Source of the DNA: Hyaloraphidium curvatum SAG 235-1
Taxonomy: Eukaryota; Fungi; Monoblepharomycota
Assembly (NCBI GenBank): GCA_025558095.1
Contig: JAIVFI010000043.1
Span: forward strand, 310,001-374,000
DNA: 64,000 nucleotides
Reading direction: 5' to 3'
Shown here: piece after piece, positions 38,849 to 51,234 of the stretch
How positions within the stretch are numbered: position 1 is the first letter of the stretch
Layout: each line of letters opens with the position of its first letter
Made by a program: the position numbers and the translations under genes
The notes under the pieces: generated by a model
What the model was told of the DNA's origin: nothing
Seen by the model: the letters and a program-made list of their open reading frames with translations, nothing else
Database searches by the model: none

Positions 38849-39263
38849 AATGGTGCTGGGCGGGTAGGTGTTTCCAATGGAATTCGTGTCTTTGCAGTCG
38901 CTGGGACGGTGCTCTTGTTGTGTCCTCGATGAGCAATTGGTCTGACGGGGCCTGGGCACGGGTGCCGAGGCGGCAGCACAGCGCATCCCCTAGGATGCCA
39001 GTCAGCAGACCGCAAGCCGCTACCATGGCAACCCCATGAAGTGGATCGTTTGAGAGCTTCAACAGAGGTCCATAGACATTGAGATGTATGTATCGCCCAG
39101 CATGCACCGGTAATGTGGCTGAAGTCCAGACTCGGTCCGCCGAACCGGTTGACCTTTCTTGCATAGCGCAGTGTAGAACGACGTCAATGACATTGCTAAC
39201 TCCAAGCATTCACCAATCCCACAGCCAGCACAAACACCCATCGATTCGCGGAGCGGGTCCCCT

Positions 39264-40406
39264 TCACAGCCTCGCCTCGGCCTTTGCTGCATCCTCTTTC
39301 TTCCACTGCTCCTCCACCACCTCGATCGTCGCTTCGTTCAAAATACCCTCGTCCTTCTTGACCCCTGCCGTCTGCCCCCACGGCCTCGGGCTCCGCCCCA
39401 GGGAAATCTCCCCCGCCAGCTTGTCGTTGCCGAAGGGCCCCGACTCGTGGCCCTTGACCAGGTGGCGCGCGGCGCGGACGGCTTCGAGGGTGGGAGGGGA
39501 ATAGTAACCTTGGGCGTAGTCGCCCATGGCGTAGCCGAGGAGCTCTTGGACGTCGGGGTGCAGGGTGCGGGCGATCTCGGGGGGGACGGAGAGGTACTGG
39601 AGGGACGTGAACCGAGTCAGTCCAATTCCGGGACTCGGCGGCCGAAGTCAACAGACCTGGTTCTCCTCCTGCCTCAACCACCCGCAGGCAAACGCCACGG
39701 ACATCCCAACCCTCCACTTGTCCTTGGTCACGTTGGCCCCGCCGGCTTGGATCACGCTCCCCGTGTAGATCAGCGCGGACCCCTTGGGCATGACCGCGTA
39801 GCACGTCTCGGCCTCGGTGGGCTAGTACTCGTAGTCCAGCGGGCGGACGTGGGTGCCGGGGGCGAGCCGGGTGGCCCCGATCTCCTTGGTGAAGTCCTCC
39901 AGCGCTCAGATGCTGGCGAGCTCGGGCTCCACGCGCTCGCCGACGAGGTCCTTGCCCCAGGCCTGGCGGTCGCGGTGCCACGGCTGCGCGCGCGAGTTGG
40001 GCTGCCGTCCGCGGGGCGAGGTAGTCAAAACGGGGGGCAAGGGGGGGTTTCAGAGGCCACCCACCCCAATCCTGATGACCTGCGTCGCCATGGCCTGGTA
40101 TCGCTTGCACCACGGCAGCAGCACTTCGTCCGCCACGGCCCTGAGGATCGGATTGCGGAGCACCGCGTCGCAGAACGACCTGCTCCGCCCGGCGAGTCCA
40201 CCCGTCCGAGTAGTATTCGCCCCCGAGAAGCTGTCCATCCCTGTTCCCGTGAGTTCGATGAACGGCCGCATCTCGGCCACGATGGCGTCCGCCTGGGCGG
40301 CGGTGATGATGTTGGTCACGACGCAGGCGCCGTCCTCGTTGACAGCGCGGAGGATGTCGGCGCGGGGCGCCGTGCGCGCGTCAAAGTAGCGGAGCGGCCG
40401 CGGCAT
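39264..40406 (-). pseudogene. Phytanoyl-CoA dioxygenase (PhyH) family gene with two premature stops
   Basis: QPWHRD, ALEDFTKEIGATRLAPGTH, GWLRQEENQYLSVP; in-frame TGA 39906-08 and TAG 39822-24; expected second Fe-ligand His reads Gln (IQAGGAN). Confidence 0.8.
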
Positions 40407-40638
40407 TGCGTATAGGGTAGCTGGGGCCGGCGGGCGGCCGGAGTGTGCGGGAGACAGGCGGTTCTATCTCGGCGGAGCGGAGCGGAAAGACGGACCTCGA
40501 AGCCCGCCCTTCACCGACTCGATCGATCCCCACGCAGCGGGGAGCTACTTCCCAAGTGAACAGCGTAACTGAGACAGAATCACGCCGCCTGGGATTGGCC
40601 GCGAGACTTTCCGCACCATCGAACACAGACTGTACCGA

Positions 40639-42008
40639 TCACAGGCTCGCCTTCGCCTCCTCCCCCCAGACGTCCACCACCACCTTGCCGTACCCCTGCC
40701 TCCCGTACATCGTCCCGATCGCCTCCGCCACCCGTCCCACGCCGATGAACGTCCTCGGATATAGCACCGGCCTGAACCGCGGCTCCCTCCCGTTACCAAC
40801 CTCGCTCCCGCCGAGCGTCCTGCTGCTTTCCGAGAGCCCGAAGCACCCGCACAGCACGCGCCGGTTGACCTCCTCCCATTCCGCGCGCGAGGTGACGCCG
40901 CCGAGCCAGACGCCGTGCACGGAGATGCCCTTGACGAGGAGCACGTTGGGGCGCACGCGGGGCATCTCGCCGCCCGCGAAGCCTATCACGAGGATGCGCC
41001 CCATCCAGCGCTGGCAACCGGGACGCGAGATCAGGTTTGGATAGAGGCTCGAAAGCGGGGAGTGTACCCACGGTGCACTTGATGCTCCCCTCGAGGGAGT
41101 TTCCCACCGTTTCGACGACGTAGTCCACCCCGATCTGGCTCTCCGGCACCCCCTTCGGCGTCCGCTCCCTCGCGATGGCGCGGACCTCCTCCCACCACTT
41201 ATCCTTGGTGTAGTCCACCACGAAGTCCGCGCCGCACGCGCGCGCGACGGCCGCCTTCTCGGGCGTCGAGCAGGTGGCGATCACCGTGCCCACGCCCAGG
41301 TACCCCTTCGCCACGTGGATGGAGGAGGTCCCCATCCCCCCCGCCCCGCCGTGCACGAGGAGGATCCGCTCCGAGACTGGGCGGGCGTGCGGGTTGGGGT
41401 CGGGGACGCCGGGCGGGGGAATGCCGCCGCAGTTGACGAGGGCGTAGAGAGCTGTGGGGTAATTCGCCAGGACGGCGGCGCACTCGCGGTTGCTGAGCTG
41501 GGGTGGGCATTCGTAGAGCCAGTACTGGCCGGTGGGGTCGTTCTGTGGGCAAGGGCAGGTCGGTGGGCGGCGACGGGCGGGACGCGGGTTGAGGTACCTC
41601 AGGGAAGACGACGTACTCGGCCCATGTGCCGCGCTGCACGCCGGCATTGGCAAATCCGACCACTGGAAAGGCACATTAGATGAAGCAATCGTTGCGTTGA
41701 GGCCCTGATCACCCACCCCGCATGCCGGCCTCGAAACGCTTGACCGCCGACCCCACGGCGACCACGTGCCCGCTCAGCTCCGTCCCCGGCACGAACGGCA
41801 GCTTCGGCTTTGTCTGGTACTTTCCCTGCGCCACGAGCCCGTCGCCGAACGTCGGCGCGATGTTCGACACGCGGATAAGAACGTCTCCGGGGCCGCACGC
41901 GGGCACGGGCGCGTCGACGGCGCGGATTTCCTCGACCGAGGGCGCGAACGAGGAGAGGAGCACGGCTTTCATCGAGGAGCCGGGAGCCGGGGCCGCCATC
42001 GCGGTCAT
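40639..42008 (-). CDS. NADPH:quinone oxidoreductase (MDR / zeta-crystallin-like)
   Basis: GKYQTKPKLPFVPGTELSG, NYPTALYAL, LVHGGAGGMG, GADFVVDY, GRILVIGFAGG, GKVVV. Confidence 0.9.
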
Positions 42009-42127
42009 CGCCCGCCTGGGAGACAGGCTTCGCAGAGGTTGGTGCTGCGTCCGTTTCCGCACGGTCCTCGCCAACCCTGACTTGCCACGGCCTCCTGCCG
42101 GTCTCCGCGCCGCCCTCCTCCGCAGCG

Positions 42128-43513
42128 ATGTCTGCCGTGCAGAATGCCGTCGCGGCGTACAACGAGTTCGCGGACAAGTTCATCAAGGTGCGGCGGCAGG
42201 GCCGGGTCGTGGCACGGGGGAACTGGAAGCGGGCACCGGGCGGGACGCGTCGGGGAGCGGACGCGGGCAGCAAACGCCCAAGCACCGCCGCGATGCGAAC
42301 GATCGGAGCGTCTTCTCGGCGCGGGAGGCGGCGGTCGGGGTCCAGGAGGACGCGGGGCCATTGTTTGTCCGCCCCGCGAGCACGTGAAGGCACCTCCCCG
42401 CGACCGGCACGGGCGATGCCGGCCCGGAAACCCTCTCAGCGCGACCGGATGCTTTTCATTAGGCCGCTGCCGCTCGCGTGCTGATCCCTCTCCCCCCGCA
42501 GTTCATGAACACGACCACCGGGCGGGACCGGATCAACGGGTCTGTTTCCCCCCGCGCCCTCCCCTCCGCCGACCTAACCAGCCCATTTCTCCCCGTTCAC
42601 CGACCGCCGCACATCAAGGCTGGTCCAGTTCGCCGCGCAGTTCCTCGCCTGGTACACTGCGCGCAAGGGCTACGCCAAGGAGACCACGCAGTCGTGGCGG
42701 AACCTCATGGCGGCGGTCGCGACGAGCCGGAGACGTGGGTGTCTTTGGCATGTGGGGAGGGACGGGAACGGACGGGATCCGGGCGGCGGGCGGCGCCTCC
42801 CGGCTTGCCTGGGGGGCTTTCACCTCAGCCTCCTCCGTCTCTGCTTTGCCCCCTCTCCCCCCCATTCTGATCGCCACCCGTTCCAGTTTTCCGGATCGGC
42901 CGCACGCAGGAGTTCATGCGCGCCATCTCCAAGTCCTCCTCCATCCGCGACGATGTGGTGCGGTACCTCCAGATCCTGCGCTCCATCGCCCTCGCGCTCT
43001 GGCTCAGCAACGACATGCTCGTTTGGGTACGCTCGGCTTCCTTCCCCTCCCCGGCGATCCGGAGGCTGACAACTCCCCCGACAGTTCCACACGGTCGGCT
43101 TCCGCACCTACCCCAACGCCGCGCAGATCGCCGTCCGCGCCAACCGCTTCTGGCTCGCCGGCGCGCTGTGCGGCGTGGCGCAGGACGCGTACAAGCTGCG
43201 CGGCAACGCGGCGGCCCTGGAGCGCGCGGCGGCGGGGCAGGCGAGGGGGGAGCTCGGCAAGGACGGGGGGAAGAAGGAGCTCGAGGTGCTCGGCGCGTGG
43301 GTTTCCCGTTCTTTCACCGCGGGTTGAGCTGACGGGAGTTGTTGGGGGGACAGCCAGAGGAAAGAGTACCTCCTCCAGACGGTGCAGGACGTCCTCGAGG
43401 CCGTGCTTGCGGCGTCGCTGCTCGGCCTGGTGCGGATCGACGAGGGCGCCTTCTCGCTCGTGGGGCTTGCGGCGACGGGGCTCGGGTTCAGGACGGGGTG
43501 GAGGAACCTGTGA
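42128..43513 (+). CDS. PEX11: Peroxisomal biogenesis factor 11
   Basis: FMNTTTGRDRI|..LVQFAAQFL, SRR|FFRIGR, DMLVW|FHTVG, ANRFWLAG, C-terminal TM then W; 5 introns. Confidence 0.85.
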
Positions 43514-43724
43514 GCGGGGACCGGGGAAGGGGGCGTCGGACAGGCCGTGTGCGGAGGTCCCGGCGGGGATCGCCCTCCCGCCCCGACCGGGCTCTTTCTT
43601 GTGCTCCAGGTATGTGCGCCGGCTCACTGTATGCCGTTGACGCTGTATGGGGAGCGAAAATACACTTACAAGAGAAACTGTTTGCTTGGCGGAACCGATC
43701 AGACGTTTTGCTTGCGGAACCGGA

Positions 43725-46333
43725 TCACCACTTGGACATCTCTGCCACGACCTCGACGAACGTCGGCCTGTCGACCGCCCGTTGAACCCACATCCGCTTC
43801 ATCAGCGCCCACATGTCGTCCTCCGCGAGGAATGGCCTGAAGGGCCGCTCGCTCTTGTCGCACACCTTCCTCATGATCTGCACGCGGCGAGATCGGTCAG
43901 CCGCATCCCCATGGTCACGACGAGGGCGTAAAACGCACCGCGCGGGTTGGGAGCCCCCCAAATGGATACATTCCCTCGCTGGTCACCTCGTAACAGACCA
44001 TGGCGAAGGCGTACACATCCGCGGGAGCGCGGAGCGGCTCGCCCTCGTATAGCTCCGGAGCAATGAAGCCTTCCGTGCCCTGTACAGCTCCGGCACCCAC
44101 GGTAGATGACTTGGAAAGTTCCGTGCGGATGCGGGAGAGGCCGAAGTCGGCGATCTTGGGGATGTCGTGGTCTGGTGGGGCGCTCGTGAGCGGAAACTTT
44201 GGCAAAGGCGGGTAGGAGACCGACCGATCATAATGTTAAGCGACTTGAGGTCGCCGTGAAGGACGTGGAACGAGTGCAGGTATGCCATGCCGTCGCCAAC
44301 GCCCTTCAGGTAGCGGATCCCCACGGCTTGATCCCAGTTCAGGTCCTCGAGGCGTTTGCGCATGTTACCGCCGGCGCAGAACTCGGAGATCATCATCGGG
44401 GGGCTCTCGCAATAGGCCAGCAGCGGCAGAACTGCGGTGAGGTGACCGTCATCTTGGGTGCGGCTCGGATCGGGGCAAAACGGTGCTCACTGTTGCGCTG
44501 ATCGAGACTTTCCCAGACCTCAATTTCTTTCAGGAACATCTTGATCGTCCTTGGCTCGACGGCGCCCTTTATGGTCTTGACCGCCACCGCCGTCGCCCCG
44601 CGAAGCACGCCGCGGTAGACCTTGCCGAATCCTCCAGCACCGAGGAAATCCGCCTCGTCGTACTTTACGTCGCCTGCCGCGATGCGCTTCTTCCTGTTCG
44701 GCGATGCGGACTGCGCAGATGGCAGACCCTCCGGCTCCTTCGCCCGACGCATTTCCAACTCAATAAGTCGCTTCATCTCTGGTGTCACGACATCTGCGGC
44801 GGACCAACCCTCCTTGTTCCTGACAGTGATGTCCACGCGCTCTTTGTTCTCCAAGAGCAGCAATGCAACTTCACGGTGCTTCTGCTTGCAAGCGTGAATG
44901 AAGCCAGTATTCCCGTCGGCGTCGGGCTGGTTCACGTCCACTGTGGTGCTGGCGAGCAGCAGGGAAACGGTCTCCACATGGCCGTACCAACACGCAAGAA
45001 TGAATGCCGTCGGCCGGCGAAGCACCTTTTCTATGCCGTCCGAGCCTGTCACCCTTGCCACCTCCGCCACGGCAATCGGGTCGATCTTGGGGTCCCCGAG
45101 CAGGTGCTTCACCACGTCCATCTTCCCGAAACGGCAAGCATGGATGAATCCCGTCCAGCCGTTCCTGTCCGTCGCGTTTAAATCTACCACGGAGTCCGCC
45201 CTGCTGGGATCCACGAGAAGCTTAATGACGTCTATCGCGCCATCCGCACAAGCCACGATGAAGCCCGTCCGGCCATTGTAGTCCTTCGCATTCACATCGA
45301 CCTTGGGCTCCGCGAGCAGCACTCGAAGGATATCGCAAGAGCCGGATTTGCAGGCAGAGATGAAGCCAGTCCAGCCGTCGTTGTCCTTCGCATTGACATC
45401 TATCCTCGAATCCCCCAGTAAGGCAACCACGACGTCCTTGTGGCCATTTTCGCAAGCATGAATGAGACCAGACCATCCCTCGCTGTCTTTCGAGTTGACA
45501 TCCACCCTTTCATCTGCCAGCAGGAGCTGGATGTTGGCCACGACGCCCCATTGGCAGGCATATAGGAAACCCGTCGAACCGTCATTGGACTTCGCGTTCA
45601 CGTTGATCCGCTCGTGCGACATCAAGAGCCGAATGACGTCCGTTCGTTCACTCCTACCGCAAGCCAACATGAAGCCAGTACAGCCCTCCTGGCCCTTCGC
45701 ATCCAAGTCAACTCTTGCGTCCGCCAACAAAACCCGAAGAACATCGACATTGCCTTGAAGGCAGGCATACATGAATGCGGTCAGCTTATCCCCTCGGTGC
45801 GTTGCGTTTACGTCGACTCTGGGATCCTCCACCATCAGGCGAACGACATCCACGTGACTCAAGGCGCACGCCGCCATGAACCCAGTGCGGCCCATATCGT
45901 CCTTAGCGTTCACAATGTCTTTGCGGCGGCCAAGCAGCAGCTTGACGACGTCCGCCTTGCCGTTTCGGCAAGCATAGATGAAGCCCGTGCACGTGCCGTC
46001 CGTGGCTTGTATAACGGCCCGCCCGTCCGCCAACAGGAGCTCGATGACGTCCGCGTGCCCGTTGGCGCACGCCTTCATGAACCCGCTGCGGCGATCAGTG
46101 TCCTTCGCGTTCACATGGACTTCTGGATGCTTCAACAGCAGCCTGAGGATCTCCACTTTGTCCTCCTCACACGCCAAGATAAAGGCGGTGGATTTGTGTT
46201 CATCCCTCGCGTTGACGTCGACCCTGGCGTCCGCGAGAAGCTTTTCAAAGCGCAATGCGTCTCCTTCCCGGCACGCGGCATGCAGCGACACCGCGAGGAG
46301 CTTCTCCTCGTCCGTGAGAGCTTTCGGCCCCAT
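43725..46333 (-). CDS. Ankyrin-repeat tyrosine-kinase-like (TKL) protein kinase
   Basis: About 14 repeats of DVNA.D..G.TGF..AC..G..DVV.LLL, then LGAGGFGKVY, VAVK, HGDLKSLN, DFG, GTEGFIAPE, DVYAF. Confidence 0.93.
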
Positions 46334-46554
46334 GCCGCGATCGTCACGTGGGGCCGGCGTCGTCGCTCGGAGCCCGCGGAATCGCTGGCTCTTCGGCACG
46401 GTCTCCGGAGAGAGTGCGGGTGCGCGGTGACCTTGCGTTCGGACGTGTCGCGCTTGCCCTTGCACACTCCGGCCCCGGCTCTCCGGCCGCCGGAGCAAAC
46501 CGAGCTAAGCCTCTGGTGGCTCGGAATGCGTGGCTGGTCGTCCACGGGAAGTGG

Positions 46555-47002
46555 ATGGCCGCGTCGGGTTGGACGACGGATTCCGTTTGGCGAAGAATTC
46601 GCCTAACGGTTTGGCCCTCGCTCACTACAAAGCCGTGGGCGGCGCAGTTGCGGAACAGGGCGGTGCAGGGCGAAACGGACGTCGCTGCTGTCTTCGCGGA
46701 AGCCAACGGGGGCCGACGACGCCGAGGAGGACAACTTTGCTCTCATACTCGTGCTCGCGTACGCGCTCGTTTCCGTCGGCGTCCTGGGGCGGCCCGTGCC
46801 GGGATGGGAGGACGCCTCCGCGGTGGGCGACCTCGCAGACCGCGATACGGAGGGCAACATCGCGGATTCGTGCGATCGGTGCGGGGACGAGGCGGGCGCG
46901 CTGCTGCGGTGCGGGAGGTGCAGGGTCGCGCGGTACTGCGGGGCAGAATGCCAGCGCGCGGCGTGGGCCGCGCACAAGGACGCGTGCAGCCGGTGCTCGT
47001 GA
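46555..47002 (+). CDS. Small MYND zinc-finger protein or remnant; 5' end uncertain (possible frameshift in G-run 46708-12)
   Basis: CDRC...LLRCGRCRVARYCGAECQRAAWAAHKDAC at 46870-46990. Confidence 0.55.
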
Positions 47003-47216
47003 CGTGACGTGCCATGTGCGCCGGCTCGGGCCTCCCAGGGCGTTCCGTCCGCGTCGGGCGTGGCGAGCACGGCGTCATCGCAAATGGAGCATCAGATCGG
47101 CGCGTCGGACGGCGTGGACTCGAAGCTCAAACACTACTAGTCGACCCTGTCTATCAGGGGCATTCGCCCGATGAATCGCCCGCGAAACCTCATCATGATT
47201 CACGTTGGTCAATGAG

Positions 47217-47876
47217 CTATCCGTCCCCGGCTGGTTTCGCGGGAGGGAGGCAGACCTTCCTGTGCTCCAGCCATTCGCGGCGGAAGCAGTCGGAAGAGCA
47301 GAAGTAGGCGATCTTGCAACGGGAGCACATCTGAAAAGTCGTCCTGTCCTTGGTATGCGCCCCGCATCCGGTGCAGGCCGCGCCGACCGGCGCCCCGAAA
47401 GCCGCCTCCGACATGCGCCCGATGCGCGCGTGGCTCCGCCGAGAGACCGCGAGCTCGCACACCTTGCAGACCGGGAAGACGTCCAGGAAGATGTCGAAGG
47501 GCCAGGGCGGGACCAGGGAGCTGGTCGCGACCATGTAGGTCGTCGGGGCGTCGCAGAGGATGCAGAAGCGCGGCTTCGAGAGGAAAGTATCTGCGAGCGC
47601 TTGCTGGGACGCTGTCGTGGCGGCCTGCACGAGGAATTGGTGTCCATCTCCGGCGGCGCCTTCGGGGAGATCGTCATCGGCGAAGCGGACGGCGAGCGGC
47701 GGGGCTCGGTCCCCAAAGACGGGCTCATCCGCGCCCGCCGGCCAGCAGGAGCAGATGCGAATGAACGGGGCATTCGTGCCCGCGGTCGGCACCGGGAATA
47801 GGACCCGGCGCCATCGGGGGAGACGGGTGATGATGACGTGTCGGACTTCACAGGATTGCAGGTCGCATCGTTCCAT
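47217..47876 (-). CDS. MYND zinc-finger protein
   Basis: CTGC...MCSRCKIAYFCSSDCFRREWLEHRKVC plus upstream CILC...CKVC pair. Confidence 0.8.
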   Translation of the reverse strand: MERCDLQSCEVRHVIITRLPRWRRVLFPVPTAGTNAPFIRICSCWPAGADEPVFGDRAPPLAVRFADDDLPEGAAGDGHQFLVQAATTASQQALADTFLSKPRFCILCDAPTTYMVATSSLVPPWPFDIFLDVFPVCKVCELAVSRRSHARIGRMSEAAFGAPVGAACTGCGAHTKDRTTFQMCSRCKIAYFCSSDCFRREWLEHRKVCLPPAKPAGDG

Positions 47877-48245
47877 GACGAAGACAGCATCGTCACCTCG
47901 CCATCTTCTCCTCCTTTACAGTTTCTACGCTTTATCTCCATTCGAAGTGACGGTTGTAGATCGTCGTTGGCCCCAAGATCCTCTCCCGGCCAAACTGTCT
48001 GCTGGCGGCGCGGCGGGTCCGCCGCGTTAGGCGTCGAACACTGGCAAACGCTCCAGCTTCCAATCCGTGCATCCAAATGCCAGCTTTCCGTCCTTGGGCC
48101 CAGGGACGACTCACGTGGACCATTCAGGGCGCCGACCGACGCCCTCGAACCCTTTCGCCGTCGGCGGCCGCAGGGACCGACACCACACAAACTCGACGGG
48201 CAATTCCCACACCCACAGCCCTTTCGACTCCTCCTCCAGAGCGAA

Positions 48246-49009
48246 ATGTGGGCAATTTTGCCGCCGCCTTCCCGTGCAGCGCCACTGACCGGCCTCCGCG
48301 TCCCAGGCGCCGCCACCCCGTCCTCGCCACCGCCGCCGTCGTCGGCGTCGCGAACAACGCGGCGGACAGGAGGGTTCAGGAGCAGATGGCGTACCAGCAG
48401 TACCCTCCCCAGCAACAGTACCCACCTCAGCAGCAGCCTGTGTACCAGCAGCCTCCCCCGCAGGCCTATGGTGGGTGGCCTCCCCGACCCGCCCCGGTCT
48501 GCGCCGATCCTGACCCCCGTTTGAAAGCCCCCGCCCCTCAGGCGCCGCAGGTGGCTCTCCCGCCTGGGTGGATGATGCAGCAAGACGCTGCAACGGGCAA
48601 GTTCTTCTACATCAGTGGGCTTCAATCCGGTCCCTGTCTCCACGTCAAGTGATCGTGCGATCGCCCTTTATCAGACACCACCGTCAACCCTCCCACGACA
48701 CAGTGGGACCCCCCCGTGTTCGCCGCGCCCCCGCCTCCCCAGCCGCAGTATGCCGCCCCGGCCGCCGCCCCCCCGCCGATGCCCGCGCAGCCCGCCCCCG
48801 TCGCGGCGCCCGCTTATGCCGCCCCGGCCCCGGCTCCGGTTGCCGCGCCGACCTACGCTGCTCCCGCTGCCCAGGCCTACGCCGCCCCCGCTGCCGACCA
48901 GACGGGGGCCGCCGCCGCCCCCGCCTACGCGGCCCCTGGCTACGAAGCGCCGCCCGCCGATCAGGGCTCTGCCGCCTTCGCGGCTCCCGCGTACGCCCCT
49001 CCGTCGTAA
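48246..49009 (+). CDS. WW-domain, Pro/Ala/Tyr-rich protein, copy 1
   Basis: LPPGWMMQQDAATGKFFYI|NTTVNPPTTQWDPP; 3 introns. Confidence 0.85.
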
Positions 49010-49484
49010 ATAGGAAGTTGTTGTGGGTCTGTTAAATGATGACAGTTGGGCACGGCGGGAGGAAGCAGGTCTACTTTCGCCCCCGAAGATGCGTCTTTCG
49101 TTTTGGGCCGTTTTTCTTTACGAGATGAACTACAATGCATCAAAGTTCTTGGCGCTCTGCATCTGCTTCATCGGTTGTTGGACCGAGCCAGTGGGAGGCG
49201 GGGAGGCGGGAGGGCGGTCAAGACCTCCGGACTTGGCGGCGAAGCCCGTCCCGGATCAGTGAAATGAGCGAAAGCACCGACACCCCCAGGGGCCGGGAAG
49301 CTCCCCACCGTCCCAACTGACGGTCGATTTATCACCCTTCTTCGCAGGTGGCGCCTAGGGCCGACCTCGGGTCCGTGTGGACCCCTCAGGGACTCGCCGC
49401 CCGACGGCATCAGGGTCCCACACCACCAAACCTCCAACACCACTCGCCCTTCCGACCGCCGCCCGTCCTCTGCAGCCAGCGAAA

Positions 49485-50360
49485 ATGTGAGAAATGTCGG
49501 CGCGGTGTTCCTCTGAGCCGAGCTCACACGATTCTCGCCAGGCGCCGCCATCCCGTCGCCGCCACTGCGGGCGTTGTCGCCATCGCCGGCAACCACGCCG
49601 AGAAGAAGCAGGCCCAGGCCATGCAGCAGCAACAGATGGCTGCTGCTCAACAGCAGCAATACGCTCAGGCTCCCCCTCCGGCCTACCGTGGGCCGCTTCC
49701 CGTCGGCAGCGCTCGCGGTCCGTGCTGATCCCCGACTCCCGCGTTGCAGCCCAGGCCCCCGCGCCGCAGCTGCCCCCCGGGTGGATGATGCAGCAGGATG
49801 CTGCCACCGGAAAGTTCTTCTACATCAGTGGGTCGGCGATCCCCATCGCCTTGTCTGCTCGCCAACTGATCCCGTGATCGCCTTTTCCAGACACGACGGT
49901 CAACCCCCCCACGACGCAGTGGGAGCCCCCGACCTTCGCGCCGCCCCCGGCTCCGGCCCCGGTCGCCGCTCCGCCTCCTGTTGCCGCACCCCCGCCGGTC
50001 GCCGCGCCTCCGCCGGTCGCTGCTCCCGCGCCGGTTGCCGGGCCCCCGGCCCCGGCTCCCGTCGCTGCGCCCGCCTACGCCGCCCCGCCCGCCGCTGAAG
50101 CGCCTGCCGCCCCCGCCGCTGCCCCGGCGTACGCCGCCCCCCCTGCCGCCGAGCAGGTGCAAGCCGCCGCCGCCCCGGTCGAGGCCCCCGTTTACGCGGC
50201 CCCTGCCCCCGCCGCCGAGGTCCCGGTCGCGGCTCCCGCCTACGAGGCGCCGCCCGCCGTTGCCGCCGAGCCGGTCGCCCAGGTTGCCGCCGCGGAGCCT
50301 GCTGCCGATGCCGCTGCCCCTCCCGCGGCGGCTCCCGTGTACGCCGCTCCTCCTTCGTAG
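49485..50360 (+). CDS. WW-domain, Pro/Ala/Tyr-rich protein, copy 2 (tandem paralogue)
   Basis: Same exon structure; LPPGWMMQQDAATGKFFYI|NTTVNPPTTQWEPP. Confidence 0.85.
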
Positions 50361-50639
50361 ATCACAGGCGCGGAAGAAGCATGCAGAGGGGGATTCGTGG
50401 AGGATATTGGCGCGGGAGGAAGCAGGTCTACTTTCCGCGAGGGAATGTGTTTGCCAGTCCTTTTTCCTGATAGAAATCGTGGGCAGACGGCGTCGTTGCA
50501 GGACACAAGGCGAGGATTTGCAGATCGGCAAGCTTCCCGAACGCCGGCCACGGTAGCCCGCAGGTCCGAGCCCCAGTATCGTTTGTCCTTTGATTTGGAA
50601 TGTCAGTGAGCCAATAAAGTAAGTCTGAGGCTCAAACGG

Positions 50640-51097
50640 GAGGTGTCGAGATCAAGACCCTCACCTCTATGGCCCATTTGCACACGGGCCTGGTCTTCTC
50701 GGTCCCGGGCCACGCAGTCGAACGGCGGGTCGAGGCCGCCAGGAAGGACTACTCCCGTTTCGTCTTCAACGCCAACTTCTACCCTCTGATCGTGCTTGCT
50801 TTTGATTCGTACAGCGCTGTCTCTGCCACTTTCTCGCGCTTCTCCTCGGAGATGGGGCGCATCCAGTATCCCGGGATCGTCGGCCGCGATGGGCAGCCCG
50901 TGGACCTCGATGGCCTTTACTCTCGTTTTGTGCGGCGCTTCCGCGAACGGATCGCGGTGGCCTGGGCTCTTGGCGTCGCGGCCCAACTCCAACACTGGCT
51001 TCAGCTGTGCACCAAAGCCGCCGCTGTCAACGCTCCGGCCCCCGCGCCGGTCGCATTTGGTTTGAATGTAGATGAGGAGCTGATTCTTGGGGCGTAG
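50640..51097 (+). mobile_element. 5'-truncated 3' end of an RLE-type (CRE-like) non-LTR retrotransposon
   Basis: VEIK...ARKDY...FYPLIVLAFDSYS...RRFRERIAVA resembles the tail of restriction-like endonuclease ORFs; lies directly upstream of the long element, same strand. Confidence 0.6.
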
Positions 51098-51234
51098 GGG
51101 GATTTCTAAGTGTACGGTGGGATTGCTAGCTCCTCATTATACAAGGAGGTGTCGGCCTCGCTAGCCGAACTGGCAGCCCGCACGGCTCTGAGGACTCTGA
51201 GACAGCCTCGTTGCGCCGTACCTCTTTTACCTCA

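Noticed and set aside
39906-39908. In-frame TGA in the PhyH gene as a second selenocysteine
   Set aside because: It replaces an expected Trp rather than Cys, a TAG follows in frame, and I saw no SECIS downstream.
51098-51234. HDV-like ribozyme at the 5' end of the non-LTR element
   Set aside because: Only a partial ACGGC/GCCGT pairing and a CCTCG loop; I could not build P2 or J4/2. An Infernal or RNArobo search would settle it.
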